DNA of 64,000 nucleotides from Octopus vulgaris (Eukaryota), in assembly GCA_951406725.2 (NCBI GenBank), contig OX597815.1:183272001-183336000 (forward strand). Reading direction: 5' to 3'. The translations under genes and the position numbers were made by a program. How positions within the stretch are numbered: the stretch's first letter is position 1; every line of letters begins with the position of its first letter. Under the pieces are notes generated by a model. The model saw nothing but the letters and a program-made list of their open reading frames with translations. It was not told where the DNA came from and did not search any database. Positions 27,399-39,702 of the stretch are shown piece by piece.

Positions 27399-27510
27399 AT
27401 TTAGGAATGGTCATTTTGCCAGTTTAGCCAATAAAAACGCATGCACTATATATTTGGTGTTACTTTGCTTCAGCGCTATTCATTTTTTACATCAATTTAA
27501 ATCTTATTTC

Positions 27511-27555
27511 GGCCAGAGTTCTTTCGTCACACTCCTGTGACCTCATCAGTGGTCC
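27511..27555 (-). ncRNA. Putative minimal type I hammerhead ribozyme (Penelope-like element type)
   Basis: Minus strand GGACCA-CTGATGA-G-GTCACA-GGAG-TGTGAC-GAAA-GAAC-TC-TGGCC: both core boxes, 6-bp stem II, vestigial stem III, CUC triplet, short imperfect stem I. Confidence 0.6.
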
Positions 27556-28494
27556 TTTCTTCTCTCTTATTTGTGTGTCTCTCCTTACTAACGGTCAGCC
27601 ATTTTGTAAGGAGAGACACACAAATAAGAAACATTTTTTGTGGCATATTAGGAGGTCACTGTAATTCATTCAACGAAAAAAGTTTCCAATAATGCCGGAA
27701 TTGAGGTGTCCAATTTCCCCTCCTCTACCCCACCCCTTTTTTCTTCTGAACAAAAATATGGGTTTGCAGCACATCAGGAGATCAGATTACTTGATTCCAT
27801 GCAAAAATCTGAAGTTCTTTCGTTTTCGCAGTGAAACGTGTGCGAGTGAACTTCCCAGAATTTACCCAAACTTCTAAGCCTTCTTTTACGGAGTTTCACC
27901 ATTTCAATTAAATTTTCTCCACTGATTTTTTTTTCTAAATTTGTTCACATAATAATACATATCTCAGTTAACTTAGCTGTCAGGAATTTTTCAGAATGCT
28001 ACAAGAATATTTCAGAATGTTACTTGAAATATAGTAACATCTTACCCAGAAAAATAAATAACAAAGTATTAATAAACTTAAAATGATGAGCATGATATCT
28101 ATTATTGAGGAGACAACTCAAAATCAAAAGCTTAAAATAAGTTCATGCAATATTTTCTAAAGGGTGTTCTGAGAAACCCTTGTATTTTCTTTTTTAAAAA
28201 ATCTGAATTTCGGTAAAACAGTGTTCCTGTAATAAAATTCAATATAAGTTCATAAAGGGAAGAGAATGGTATTCACTATTTCAAAATAAGTTCAATAATT
28301 TCTTTCATCATAATTACTTTTATTTAATTCAATGGTTTAATAAAATTAAAGCTATGGTAAGGGTTTCCGCAAAACGTAGATGTGGGTTCTGCACATTTAT
28401 GAACAACTGTTTAAAGAAAGATTCCACATCAAAATAACCTTGGAAAACCTTGAGTTGACTCATCTGGGTTACAATTAACCAACATTAAAAATAA

Positions 28495-28826
28495 ACAAAA
28501 GCACTCAGAGAAAGCAAACTTCAATGATTAGCCAGAGATGATTTTAAAAATGAGAATATCTGAAATAATCTCGACTGCTCTCACAAACTAAAAATGAACC
28601 TGACTGCTCTCAAAAATTAAATAAAAGAAAAAAACGGGAAAATAATCCAGAATCCTTGTCCAGTACAGGATCGATCCCCAAATCTGCCAGTCACGAGGCC
28701 AAACATCCCTGAAAGTTTTATCCAAATCCATCCAGTGGTTCTTGAGATATCTTTTCCACAGACAAACAAACAAAGAAACAAACGCGAGTGAAAACAATAC
28801 CTCTGCCTTGGCGAAGGCAAAGGTAA
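28495..28826 (+). mobile_element. Non-autonomous Helentron/HINE-like element
   Basis: Starts aacaaaagcactcagag, has (acaa)n near its 3' end and a terminal hairpin acctctgccttggcgaaggcaaaggt. Confidence 0.5.
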
Positions 28827-30565
28827 TGCGATGATGGGACGGGAACGGGTAATAGTCTGATATGAAGACATGGAGACCCCTGCAAATATGGTTTTTGCAG
28901 ATATCATCAGAGAAGCTTGGTTATAATGGTAATAATGTATGTGTCTGTAAAAGTAAATGGCAATGATGAGGTGTGGCTATGTAGTAGGAAGTTTGCCTCC
29001 CAAACATATAGTTCCGGGTTCATTCCCACTGCATAACATAGAAGGGGCCCAGCTGACGAAAGGCTTGTGAGTCGTAGAAAACTGAAAGAAGCTTGTTGTG
29101 TGTGTGTCCCACCACTACTTGACAACCAGTGTTGGTTTGTTTACGTCCCTATCACTTAGCAATTCGGGAAGAAGACTGATAGGATACATTCCAGGTTATA
29201 AAAACAAAAAAAATACTGAAGTCGATTAATTCGACTAAAACCCTCGATGAGGTGCCCCAGAATGGTCACAGTCCCATGAATGAAACAAGTAAATAGTATA
29301 AGATAAAAGATGAAACTTTTACTTTCTACTTGTTTCAGTCATTGAACTGCAGGCTCAAAGGGTTAAAATTAATGTGGCAACTTTACACGATAATTTTAAT
29401 TAAGACTAAATCTATAGACAGGACAATGGTTAACTAAACAAAACAAAGGCAATGAGTTAAGAGCAAGCGGAATATTTTTATGAGTTGATAATCAAAAGTG
29501 GTGATAGTTTAGGTGATGTTTCGGTGACAGTGTAGTGTTAATAACACCGTTTTTTTTTTTTGTCAGGAAAATGGGTGCATAATCTCCATATTTTTCTACG
29601 TATTTCGCCCCCAAAAGTTTTTTAAAATGTGAAAATTTTAAAAATTTGTAGCGCTACACTTAGTGAATTACATCCTCTGTATCTGACATATATAATACAA
29701 ATACGGACGTAGCAGATAACCTTAACGTTGTCTCCACTACCGTCACTTTCATCAATGACATGCACAGCCATTTCGCCTAGGTTTAACTACACGCTGTTTG
29801 TGAATATTCACCAAGGTTAACAGCAAGTCTACCTGTGAGATCCCTCTGTACCAAGCAACCCAGCACAGCATAGAAGCCACAACCGACACGAGTCTCAACC
29901 AGCTGTCTTGTGACCTCAATCTCTTGTATCATTACTATCGCGTTCATTACTACGAACTGGTATTTACTTTCATTTGTATCTGATCTTCTAGCGTCCTGAT
30001 AGACTCATTTCTATGCTCTGTATTTTATCTCACACGCATACACTTTGTTTGTACACACACATTATGTATGTTTGACAGCCTGTCATTGTTCTCTTATATG
30101 TACTTATGACACACAGCAAATGATTTTAGCTAAATAGAGGCTATTGGTTGGTTAAAATTCGAAAAATTAAACTATGTTAAACTTACAAATTACAATTTTC
30201 TCAAGAAAGCCAAGAGAAAAAAATGTTTTATTTTGACACATTCTACCAGTATACGAAGTTTAAAAGTGTTTAGTTAACTAGAAATTGTGTTGAAAACTGC
30301 CGTTCAAAAGGAAACGATCCAAAGATGTTTTATATGACACATTCTATCAGTATCCGAAGTTTGAAAGTGTTTAGTTACAAAAAATTTATTTCTTGATCTG
30401 CCGTTGAAAGGGAAAAGATCCGCCTCGGACCGACCAAAGCCTTGTGTTTGTGGATTTGGTAGACGGAAACTGAAAGAAGCTCGTTGCATATATATATATA
30501 TCAATAATAATAAAGGGTAGAATTAATTAATTAATTAATAATTAATAATTCCACCAAGTAGTATT

Positions 30566-30608
<43 letters not shown>

Positions 30609-31548
30609 AAACTAGAAAACTAGTTATATATATATATATATATGTGTGTGTGTATGTTTGTGTGTCTGTATTTGTCCCCCAACATCGCTTGACAACCGAT
30701 GTCGGTGTGTTTACATACCCGTAACTTAGCGGTTCGGCAAAAGTCACCGATAGAATAAGTACTGGGCTTACAAAGAATAAGTGCTGGGTGTCGATTTGCT
30801 CGACTAAAGGCGGTGCCCCAGCATGGCCGCAGTCAAATGACTGAAACAAGTAAAAGCAAAAAAAAAGAGAACGCTCGTCCATAAGTTAACGCATGCGCTT
30901 CAGTGGATCAACTGTTGTCTGCTCAGAGAAACCCAGGAAGATATGGTTGACGGTAATGTCAAGACAAGAGAAAGATGGAAAAGTTAAGTTGTTTTCATAG
31001 TTTTTTTTTCAAATAACTGTATCGAGATTTGACTTTTTAACATTGTTTTCTTTTCTCTCTTACTTTTTAAACATAGATGAAAACTAACAGACGACTCACA
31101 AAAGTAAAAAAACGTATTATGTTTCATCACATTGCACCTTCAGTACTATGTTGTCATCGACTTCATCGACAATCCTTCAGCTTCCCTTTCATATAAAACT
31201 TAGTTCGATACGTGCAATATATATTTTTAGTTTTCTCATTTAAAGTGTAGTTGGGTCTCGTGGTGGTGGTACAGATCCTAATAATATGTGTTTTATAGTG
31301 AGAACAAAATTTCCATCCTAATGGCAATTACCGGACGATTTCTGTTCGAGTCTGACCGTTTGAAGTCGTAGTGGAAGCCCAACTTGTGTCGCAAATAGGC
31401 ATATGAGTGTTGTATAAAGTTTATAATTGAAAAATTTACTTTATTTTGAACACATGAATGTATCAGCCTGCGGGCGCAAAAAGAAAAGGGTTCGGGGACG
31501 CAATTGTACCTGCGGGCGGCAATTTCCTCACCAATGGTTAAAAAAATA

Positions 31549-31991
31549 CAGGGTGTCCACAAAGTCTGGGTACATGGAGTAAATAAAATGATAACATAAA
31601 CAACTAAATATAAGAAATAGTAATTTTCCTTTTTTACTTTTGTTTAAATTAAATAAAAAAAAAAAACTTTAACTTTTCTAAATGCTGGTTGAGGAAAAGT
31701 TTCAGCCATACAAGCTACAGATATTGCATCACTTAAATGAAGACGACCCTGATAGACGAATGCAGATGTGCGAATAGTGTTCAGATAAATTGGATGAAAA
31801 TATCAATTTTACTAAAATGTACACTTATTTAATTGAGTTCACCTGAATTTTGCAAGGCGCATCAAGTTATGTATTGAAAATGATGGAAATCATGTTGAAA
31901 ATATTATCTATTAACATTATAATTGAATAAAATTGTTTTGTTTTAAAAGTATGTGTTAATCCCCATGTACCCAAACTTTGTGGACAACCTG
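31549..31991 (+). mobile_element. Internally deleted Tc1/mariner-superfamily element
   Basis: TA target duplication; ~29-bp TIR CAGGGTGTCCACAAAGTCTGGGTACATGG; transposase remnants QPYKLQILHHLNEDDPDRRMQMCE and RRIKLCIENDGNHVENI. Confidence 0.9.
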
Positions 31992-32245
31992 TATGTATGC
32001 ATCTTTATCTTACAAGTACATTTATATGCTATAAAAATTTTAAAACACTGGAAAAATTACGATTCTTTTGCAGTCCTTCTCCCTATCCCCGATTGTTTCT
32101 ATGGCGAAGTTTCGCATGTCGTAGCGACGGAAATCTGTGCTACTACAACCGAAACTATGCCTGGGGCATAGTAGCGCATGCGAAACTTCGCCATTGTGCT
32201 ACTACAACCGAAACTATGCCAAAGAGCTATGTAAACCATAATTCG

Positions 32246-32510
32246 TGGAGGCACATGGCCTAGTGTTTAGAGCAGCGGACTCGCGGTCGATCGGATTACG
32301 GGTTCGAATCTCAGACCGGGCGATGTCTGTGTCTATAAGCGAATTACCTAAGCTCCACGCGGCTCCGGCAGAAGGTAATGGCGAACTTTCTCTCACTCTT
32401 TCCTCCTGCATCTTGCAGCTCACCTGCAATGGACCGGCGACCAGTCCAGGTGGGGAATCTATACGCCAAGGAAACCGGCCCTATGAGTCAGGCGTGGCTT
32501 GAGAAGGAAC
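32246..32510 (+). mobile_element. tRNA(Arg)-like-headed SINE (family C); copies at 33826-34083 and 35246-35515
   Basis: A box TGGCCTAGTG and B box GGTTCGAATC; tRNA-like head with TCG followed by a non-tRNA body. Confidence 0.8.
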
Positions 32511-34232
32511 AAACGGCGATCTTTCGTTACAAATGCCGAACAAACAAAAAACTGTAATTTTTGTATGACATATTCTACCAGTATCCGAAATTTGAAAGTG
32601 TTACAAAAAATATATTTCTTGATCTGCCGTTGGAAGGGAAAAGATCCGCCTCGGGCCGACCAAAGCCTTGCGTTTGTGGATTTGGTAGAAGGAAACTGAA
32701 AGAAGCCCGTCGTATATATATATACTTATATATATGTGTGTTTGTGTGTCTGTATTTACCCCCAACATCGCTTGACAACCGATGTTGGTGTGTTTACGTA
32801 CCCGTAAACTTGCGGTTCGGCAAAAGTCACCGATAGAATAAGTACTGGGCTTACAAAGAATAAGTGCTGGGTGTCGATTTGCTCGACTAAAGGCGGTGCC
32901 CCAGCATGGCCGCAGTCAAATGACTGAAACAAGTAAAAAGCAAAAGAAAGAGAACGCTCGTCCATAAGTTAACGCATGCGCTTCAGTGGATCAACTGTTG
33001 TCTGCTCGTAGAAACCCAGGAAGATATGGTTGACGGTAATCTCAAGACAAGAGAAAGAAGGAAAAGTTAAGTTTTTTTTTCAAATAACTGTATCGAGATT
33101 TGACTTTTTAACATTGTTTTCTTTTCCCTCTTAGTTTTTAAACATAAATAAAAACTAACAGACGACTCACAAAAGTAAAAAAAACGTATTATGTTTCATC
33201 ACATTGCACCTTCAGTACTACGTTGTCATCAACTTCGACAGTCCTTCAGCTTCCCTTTCATAAAAACTTAGTTCGATACGTGCAATATATATTTTTAGTT
33301 TTCTCAGTTAAAGTGTAGTTGGGTCTCATGGTGGTGGTACAGACCCTAATAATATGTGTTTTATAGTGAGAACAAAATTTCCATCCTAATGGCAATTACC
33401 GGACGATTTCTGTTCGAGTCTGACCGTTTTAAGTCGTAGTGGAAGGCCAACTTGTGTCGCAAATAGGCATATGAGTGTTGTATAAAGTTTATAATTGAAA
33501 AATTTACTTTATTTTGAACACATGAATGTATCAGCCTGTGGGCGCAATAAAAAGGGTTCTCGGACGCAATTGTGTTCCCACGAGCAGCCGTTTCCTCACC
33601 ACTGTTTCAATGGTTAAAAAAATATATATGCATCTTTATCTTACAACTACATTTATACGCTATAAAAAATTTTAAAACACTAGAAAAATTACGATTCTTT
33701 TGCAGTCCTTCTCCCTATCCCCGATTGTTTCTATTTATAATTTAAAATATTGTAGATCCTGAGAAGATCATTGCTGCCATTTATCCAAAGTGATTTTAAA
33801 AAAGAGCTATGTAAACCATAATTCGTGGAGGCACATGGCCTAGTGTTTAGATCAGCGGACACGCGGGCGATCGGATCACGGGTTCGAATCTCAGACCGGG
33901 CGATGTCTGTGTCTATGAGCGAATTACCTAAGCTCCACGCGGCTCCGGCAGAAGGTAATGGCGAACTTTCTCTCACTCTTTCCTCCTGCATCTTGCAGCT
34001 CACCTGCAATGGACCGGCGACCAGTCCAGGCGGGGAATCTATACGCCAAGGAAACCGGCCCTATGAGCCAGGCGTGGCTTGAGAGTGTTGTATAAAGTTT
34101 ATAATTGAAAAATTTACTTTATCTTGAACATATGTATGTATCAGCCTGTGGGCGCAATAAAATGGGTTTGCAGACGCAATTGCACCCGCGGGCGGCAGTT
34201 TCCTCACCACTGTTCCAATGGTTAAAAAAATA

Positions 34233-35042
34233 CAGGGTGTCCACAAAGTCTGGGTACATGGAGTAAATAAAATGATAACATAAACAACTAAATATAAGAA
34301 ATAGTAATTTTCCTTTTTTTACTTTTGTTTAAATTTAAAAAAAACCAAAAAACTTTACTTTTCTAAATGCTGGTTGAGGAAAAGTTTCAGCCATACAAGC
34401 TCTTTTTGGAAGCACTCCGTCGGTTACGACGACGAGGGTTCCGGTTGATCCGAATCAACGGAACAGCCTGCTCGTGAAATTAACGTGTAAGTGGCTGAGC
34501 ACTCCACAGACACGTGTACCCTTAACGTAGTACAGGTACAACGTAGCATAGGTACAACAGAAATAGGAAGTAAGAGTGAGAGAAAGTTGTGGTGAAAGAG
34601 TACAGCAGGGATCACCACCATCCCCTGCCGGAGCCTCGTGGAACTTTTAGGTGTCTTCGCTCAATAAACACTCACAACGCCCGGTCTGGGAATCGAAACC
34701 GCGATCCTATGACCGCGAGTCCGCTGCTCTAACCACTGGGCCATTGCGCCTCCACTCCATACAAGCTACAGATATTGCATCACTTAAATGAAGACGACCC
34801 TGATAGACGAATGCAGATGTGCGGATGGTGTTCAGATAAATTGGATGAAAATATCAATTTTACTAAAATGTACACTTATTTAATTGAGTTCACCTGAATT
34901 TTGCAAGGCGCATCAAGTTATGTATTGAAAATGATGGACATCATGTTGAAAATATTATCTATTAACATTATAATTAAATAAAATTGTTTTGTTTTAAAAG
35001 TATGTGTTAATCCCCATGTACCCAAACTTTGTGGACAACCTG
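34233..35042 (+). mobile_element. Second copy of the mariner-like element, interrupted by a SINE
   Basis: Same TIRs and TA flanks as 31549-31991. Confidence 0.9.
34402..34756 (-). mobile_element. Full-length tRNA(Arg)-like SINE with 11-bp TSD
   Basis: TSD ccatacaagct at 34391-34401 and 34757-34767; empty site in the sister copy at ~31706. Confidence 0.9.
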
Positions 35043-36764
35043 TATATATGCATCTTTATCTTACAAGTACATTTATATGCTATAAAAAATTTTAAAGCAC
35101 TGGAAAAATTACGATTCTTTTGCAGTCCTTCTCCCTATCCCTGATTGTTTCTTTTTATAATTTAAAATATTGTAGATCCTGAGAAGATCATTGCTGCCAT
35201 TTATCCAAAGTGATTTTAAAAAAGAGCTATGTAAACCATAATTCGTGGAGGCACATGGCCTAGTGTTTAGAGCAGCGGACTCGCGGTCGATCGGATCGCA
35301 GGTTCGAATCTCAGACCGGACGATGTTTTGTGTTTATGAGCGAAATACCTAAGCTCCACGCGGCTCCGGCAGAAGGTAATGGTGAAACTTCCGCTGTCTC
35401 TTTCGTCACAACTTTCTCTCACTCTTTCCTGCTGCATCTTGCAGCTCAGCTGCGACGGACCGGCGTCCCGTCCAGGTGGGGAACCTATACGCCAGGTATG
35501 GCTTGAGAAGGAACAAACGGCGATCTTTCGTTACAAATGCCGAACAAACAAAAAAACCATAATTCATTTTAATAGTGAATGATTTTTGTTAGACATACAC
35601 GGCTTCGCTTAATTGAGGTGGACTAAAAATATAAATTACAATTTTTTGTTATTGCTTATATTCCACCGATGTGTTACTTCGTTGTTACACGTGTGCGTTA
35701 CTTCGGCATCATCATTGCATTATCATTGCATAATATTTATTTCTTTATTGCCCACAGGTTAATAGATGTTACCAAAGGGGTATGATATGGCATTCAAAGG
35801 CAGTCTGGGTTGATGTTAAGCCTCTCACCTTGTTTTTATTTTAGGTAGAGATGGTCTACATCACTATTGATGTGGAGATTATGTGTGTTAGTTAGGATCT
35901 TCCAGGTTTTCACATCAATGGCTTGGATCTCATCAAGCGTTCAATCAAATAGCCCAAATGTTGGTATGAGTACTGGCACTGCAAACATATTATGGGCCAA
36001 TTTTATTGAATATAGAGAGTTCCGAGGTCCAAATTTTCTTTATTCGACTAATTATGTATGTATGTATTTATATACATATATAGACAGCTCTATTCTGACC
36101 TCATTTCCTATTAAATGAGGTCAAAATCCTGTTAAAAATAGTCATGCAATATTAAAAAATGCATGAAGGTTCTTGAGTTTGGTCTCTTCTCTCTGTCAAC
36201 ACCTTTCTTTATGTTCTGTCAGTTCTTTGTTGTTAGAGACTGACTACATGTTTGAATGGATTTGACTGTTTGACCTCAGTCTAAAAATAAAAGTCCTTCC
36301 AAAATTCTTTGTCACATCAATTCTGTGATTCAGGCTTCTAAGCAAATTTTTTCCAACAGAGCAAAATTATTTATTTTGTCTTTAGTATTTAATGTTCGTT
36401 GTTACATTTGTGGACTTTTTGGACTATTTGCCCCATGTAAGTTGGAATTGTTCCTTTTTGACCAGGATCTTTTGTTGCTTTATTGATTTATTAGGATTAT
36501 TTTCTGTTTTATTCAAATTGACATTCAATCCATACAGAGACAGACAGACAGACAAACACACATGCAAACACTCACAAACATTCGCACACAAATACTCACA
36601 CACAAACACACACACACACACACACACCTGTGCATATTTCTTTCATAAAACCTTTTGAACTTTCAAAATATTTTTCCAACTGATTAAAATGTGTGTTATA
36701 GAAGAACTTTCGAAAAATAGTTTTTCAAAAATATACTTTGAAAGGAAGCAATTAGAAATGATGT

Positions 36765-37250
36765 CAGACCAATGCCGAAATGGAGGCAAAGTGACTAAAT
36801 TCCTCTTGAGCATTGGGCCTGATGGAGGCAAAGTGGCTGACTTCTTTTTGAGTGTGGGACCTCAGGGAGGCAAGGTGGCTGAGTTCGTTTTGAGTGTTGG
36901 GCCTGACAGAGGCAATGACCGAGACCTTTGGTATTACATCATGCTTGAGAAGACCCATCAAGCTGAGCAAAATTGCAGTCGTGGCAGATACCGGTGTCAC
37001 GCAAATTGGTATCTGTGCCAGTGGAATGTAAACACACCCTGGTGTCATGCACATGACACCCATGCTGGTGTCACATAAAAGCACCCATTACACCCTAAGA
37101 GTTGTTGGCATTTGGGAGGGCATCCAGCTGTAGAAAACCATGCCAAATCAGACTAGAGTCTGGTGCAGCCTTCCAACGTGCTAGTTCAGTCAAACTGTCC
37201 AACCCATGCCAGCATGGAGAATGGACATTAAATGATGATACTGATGACAT
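36765..37250 (+). mobile_element. RTE LINE 3' tail with ~42-bp internal repeats and (GAT)n-like end; same tail at ~40630(-), 44560(+), 45596(-), 48690(+)
   Basis: ggcatccagctgtagaaaaccatgcc...ccaacccatgccagcatgga...ttaaatgatgat, shared with the 3' ends of the RTE copies at 52608 and 63090. Confidence 0.75.
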
Positions 37251-37731
37251 ATATATATAAATGGTTAAGAAATGTAAATAAAGTTGGAAAAGGCACAGAG
37301 AATGTTTAATAAAATATTCTTTTACTCAAGGCACAAGGCATCAAATTTTTGGAGGAGGGGGCCAATTGATTAGATCAACTTCAGTATGCAACTGGTACTT
37401 AATTTATTGACCCTGAAAGAATGAAAGGCAAAGTCAACCTTGGGAGAATTTGAACTCAGAATGTAAAGACATGAAATACTGCTAAGCATTTCACCTGGCA
37501 TGCTAACGTGTCTACAAGCTTGCTGTCTTAGTGTTTAGCAAAATATTTCTGGTTTCAGTGTATCCATATCAAATATCAGAAAAATTAGGAAGAATTTTTT
37601 GTGGAATCAGAAAAAAAAAAATTGTAGGGGTTTAATAGCTGGTACCCAAATTTCAGTTGTTAATGAAATTTTGCTTTAGTCAGTCTTATAAATGTTTGTC
37701 TATGTTGGTTTGGAGTGGGTTTCAAGAGTTG

Positions 37732-37774
<43 letters not shown>

Positions 37775-38161
37775 TTAAGAAATTTGTTTCCAAACCACGT
37801 GAATTTGGGTTCAGTCCTACTGTGTAACATCTTGGGCAAGTGCTTACTACTTTGGCCCTAGGCCAGGCAAAGGCATGTGACTGATTTTGATAGATGGAAT
37901 CGGTGTGAACTTCTTAACTATACAACAATATGTATATATATATTCGCACATGCACATGCACACATAGACACACAAAATAATATTTATATATATGGAAACC
38001 TCTTAGTATTGTGTATTTACCAGCATATAAAGATTATTCAAGATAGTAAAACAAAATATTTTGCTGTAGATCTCATACAGAATTATGAAATAAATACACA
38101 GAATCTAAAAAAAAAATGTGAAGACATTGAACATATTAAGGAATATAAAAAAAAGGCTTAC

Positions 38162-38235
38162 TTTGCAAATATAGTTGTAGCTGTTAAGGCTAATATTACA
38201 GGAACAACAACAACAACAAAACTGAGACATCTCAT
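38162..38235 (-). CDS. First coding exon: signal peptide MRCLSFVVVVVPVILALTATTIFA + AA (phase 2)
   Basis: acaacataATG (A at -3); basic N-region, long hydrophobic core, I-F-A cleavage-like end; donor AA|GTAAGC in phase 2 matches the micro-exons. Confidence 0.8.
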
Positions 38236-38297
38236 TATGTTGTGTAAACCAGTAACTGGTTGGTGCCAAATACAGGTTTGCAGAAATTTTCTTTTGA

Positions 38298-38304
38298 TTT
38301 TATA
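38298..38304 (-). promoter_or_regulatory. Putative TATA box (TATAAAA) of the secreted repeat-protein gene
   Basis: Consensus TATAAAA ending 62 nt upstream of the ATG; AT-rich background weakens significance. Confidence 0.5.
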
Positions 38305-38719
38305 CTAATTTGAAATATATTCTACTTCACTGTACTTGCATTTTCTAGAATCAACCAATGAATGAAAAGCTTTATTATCAAAATGTTTAATTGCTTAAAT
38401 TCAATAACAAATTATTTACGGTGTCAAATATCTTATTGATAAAGTTATGTACTCATATTACAAGTATGATATTTTTTTTTTATTATTTGCTTTCTAGATA
38501 AAATTAATATGGATTTATAGTTTCAAATCAATAACTGACTGTTTGTATGCTAAATGTGCTAAAATATCTGACCTTAACAATAGGTTTCAAGAAATTGAAC
38601 AATATATTATTTAGTGTTTCCATTCAATTGAGAAATTTTAAAGTTTTAGTTCAAAGAAAAAGTGCTTGATACATGATTTGAAGATTGCTTTCAGCAGTAG
38701 GCTATAAAGATTAAATTAA

Positions 38720-38939
38720 CCCTTTTGTTATTGTATTTATTTTGTGATGCTCTGTGTTTCTTTCAATTATTTTAAATATAACAAAGAATTTAGTAAAATA
38801 ACTTAGTTATCATTAAGCTAGTGTTAATAACATAAATTGTGACTAAGGTTTGGCAGAAGATTTTAATTCAAAACTTATGAAAACAAGACATTTATACTCA
38901 GAGCCAGAGCTGGTTTCAGCTGGGTTGGTAATGAAAGGG
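38720..38939. mobile_element. piggyBac-like MITE
   Basis: TTAA|CCCTTT...AAAGGG|TTAG; homologous, in opposite orientation, to 57806-57999. Confidence 0.75.
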
Positions 38940-38948
38940 TTAGGCTAC

Positions 38949-39470
38949 CTAATGAAAGAAGATATTACTCTTATGATAAAAGTAAACAAAGTTTGTTTTA
39001 GAAGTGTTGAGATGTATTGAAAGATACAGAAATAATTTTTTTTATTCTCGATCACACTATTTATTAGCATTATCACGCGTTTGAGAATTAAAAAATGATT
39101 TCTGTATCTTTCAATACATCTCAACGCTTCTAAAACAAACCTTGTTTGTTTACTTTCATCATAAGTTGAATTTAATGTTAGCATCTTATGAAGCTAAATT
39201 TATAAGTTCTAAAATTGCAGAAGAATTCATTACTGGGCAGTTTAGCTTAATGGTAAAGCACTTGACGCATAATCACAGGGATGTGAGTTCGAGTCTCATA
39301 CATTGGATATATTATCCAATGTATGGATATTTATCCTGATCACACTATTTATTAGCATTATCACGCGTTTGAGAATAAAAAAAATATTTCTGTATCTTTC
39401 AATACATCTCAACACTTCTAAAACAAACTTTGTTTACTTTCATCGTAAGAGTAATATCTTCTTTCATTAG
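38949..39470. mobile_element. Fold-back element with ~100-bp terminal inverted repeats, an internal duplication and a tRNA-like segment
   Basis: ctaatgaaagaagatattactctta... at left is the reverse complement of ...taagagtaatatcttctttcattag at right; ~39050-39165 is repeated at ~39339-39450. Confidence 0.8.
39235..39306 (+). pseudogene. tRNA-like sequence (CAT at anticodon position), degenerate
   Basis: A box TAGCTTAATGG; T arm GTGAG-TTCGAGT-CTCAT; anticodon and acceptor stems pair poorly. Confidence 0.5.
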
Positions 39471-39577
39471 ATTAAAGTTACTAAAGAGTGAGTATTTGTC
39501 TTCACTAGATATGTTTTGAATGTAGACTCAAGATTTTATATCTGATTATAGTGATAAGGAAACAGTTACCTATGCTC

Positions 39578-39702
39578 TGTTCCCTTGGTCAATAATGTTG
39601 TGTTCCCTTGGTCAATACTGATTAACAAGATCTGTGTTCCCTTGGTCAATACTGATTAACAAGATCTGTGTTCCCTTGGTCAATACTGATTAACAAGTTC
39701 TG
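39578..39702. repeat. 34-bp minisatellite, 3 full copies + 1 partial
   Basis: Unit tgttcccttggtcaatactgattaacaagatctg. Confidence 0.92.

Larger units (their letters stand above)
30330..35550. repeat. Local mosaic tandem duplication (2-3 copies of ~1.4-2.2 kb blocks made of SINEs and a mariner-like element)
   Basis: agaacgctcgtccataag at ~30868 and ~32951; aaagagctatgtaaaccataattcgtggaggcac at ~32221, ~33801 and ~35221. Confidence 0.92.

Noticed and set aside
32246-32325. tRNA-Arg-like sequences (also ~33826, 34680-34755, 35246)
   Set aside because: They continue into shared SINE bodies and do not form clean cloverleaves; SINE heads, not tRNA genes
35830-36118. Plus-strand acceptor-like tttttattttag followed by an 83-aa ORF
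   Set aside because: All three frames stop shortly after the AG; no recognisable protein
36689-37078. 129-aa ORF with three GGKVAxFxLSVGP repeats
   Set aside because: It is the ~42-bp internal repeat of the RTE 3' tail; related sequence occurs in reverse at ~46060-46140
37877-38308. 143-aa plus-strand ORF
   Set aside because: Starts in SINE/microsatellite debris and is the antisense shadow of the signal-peptide exon
39578-39702. 34-bp repeats superficially CRISPR-like
   Set aside because: No unique spacers, no cas genes, eukaryotic context; an ordinary minisatellite
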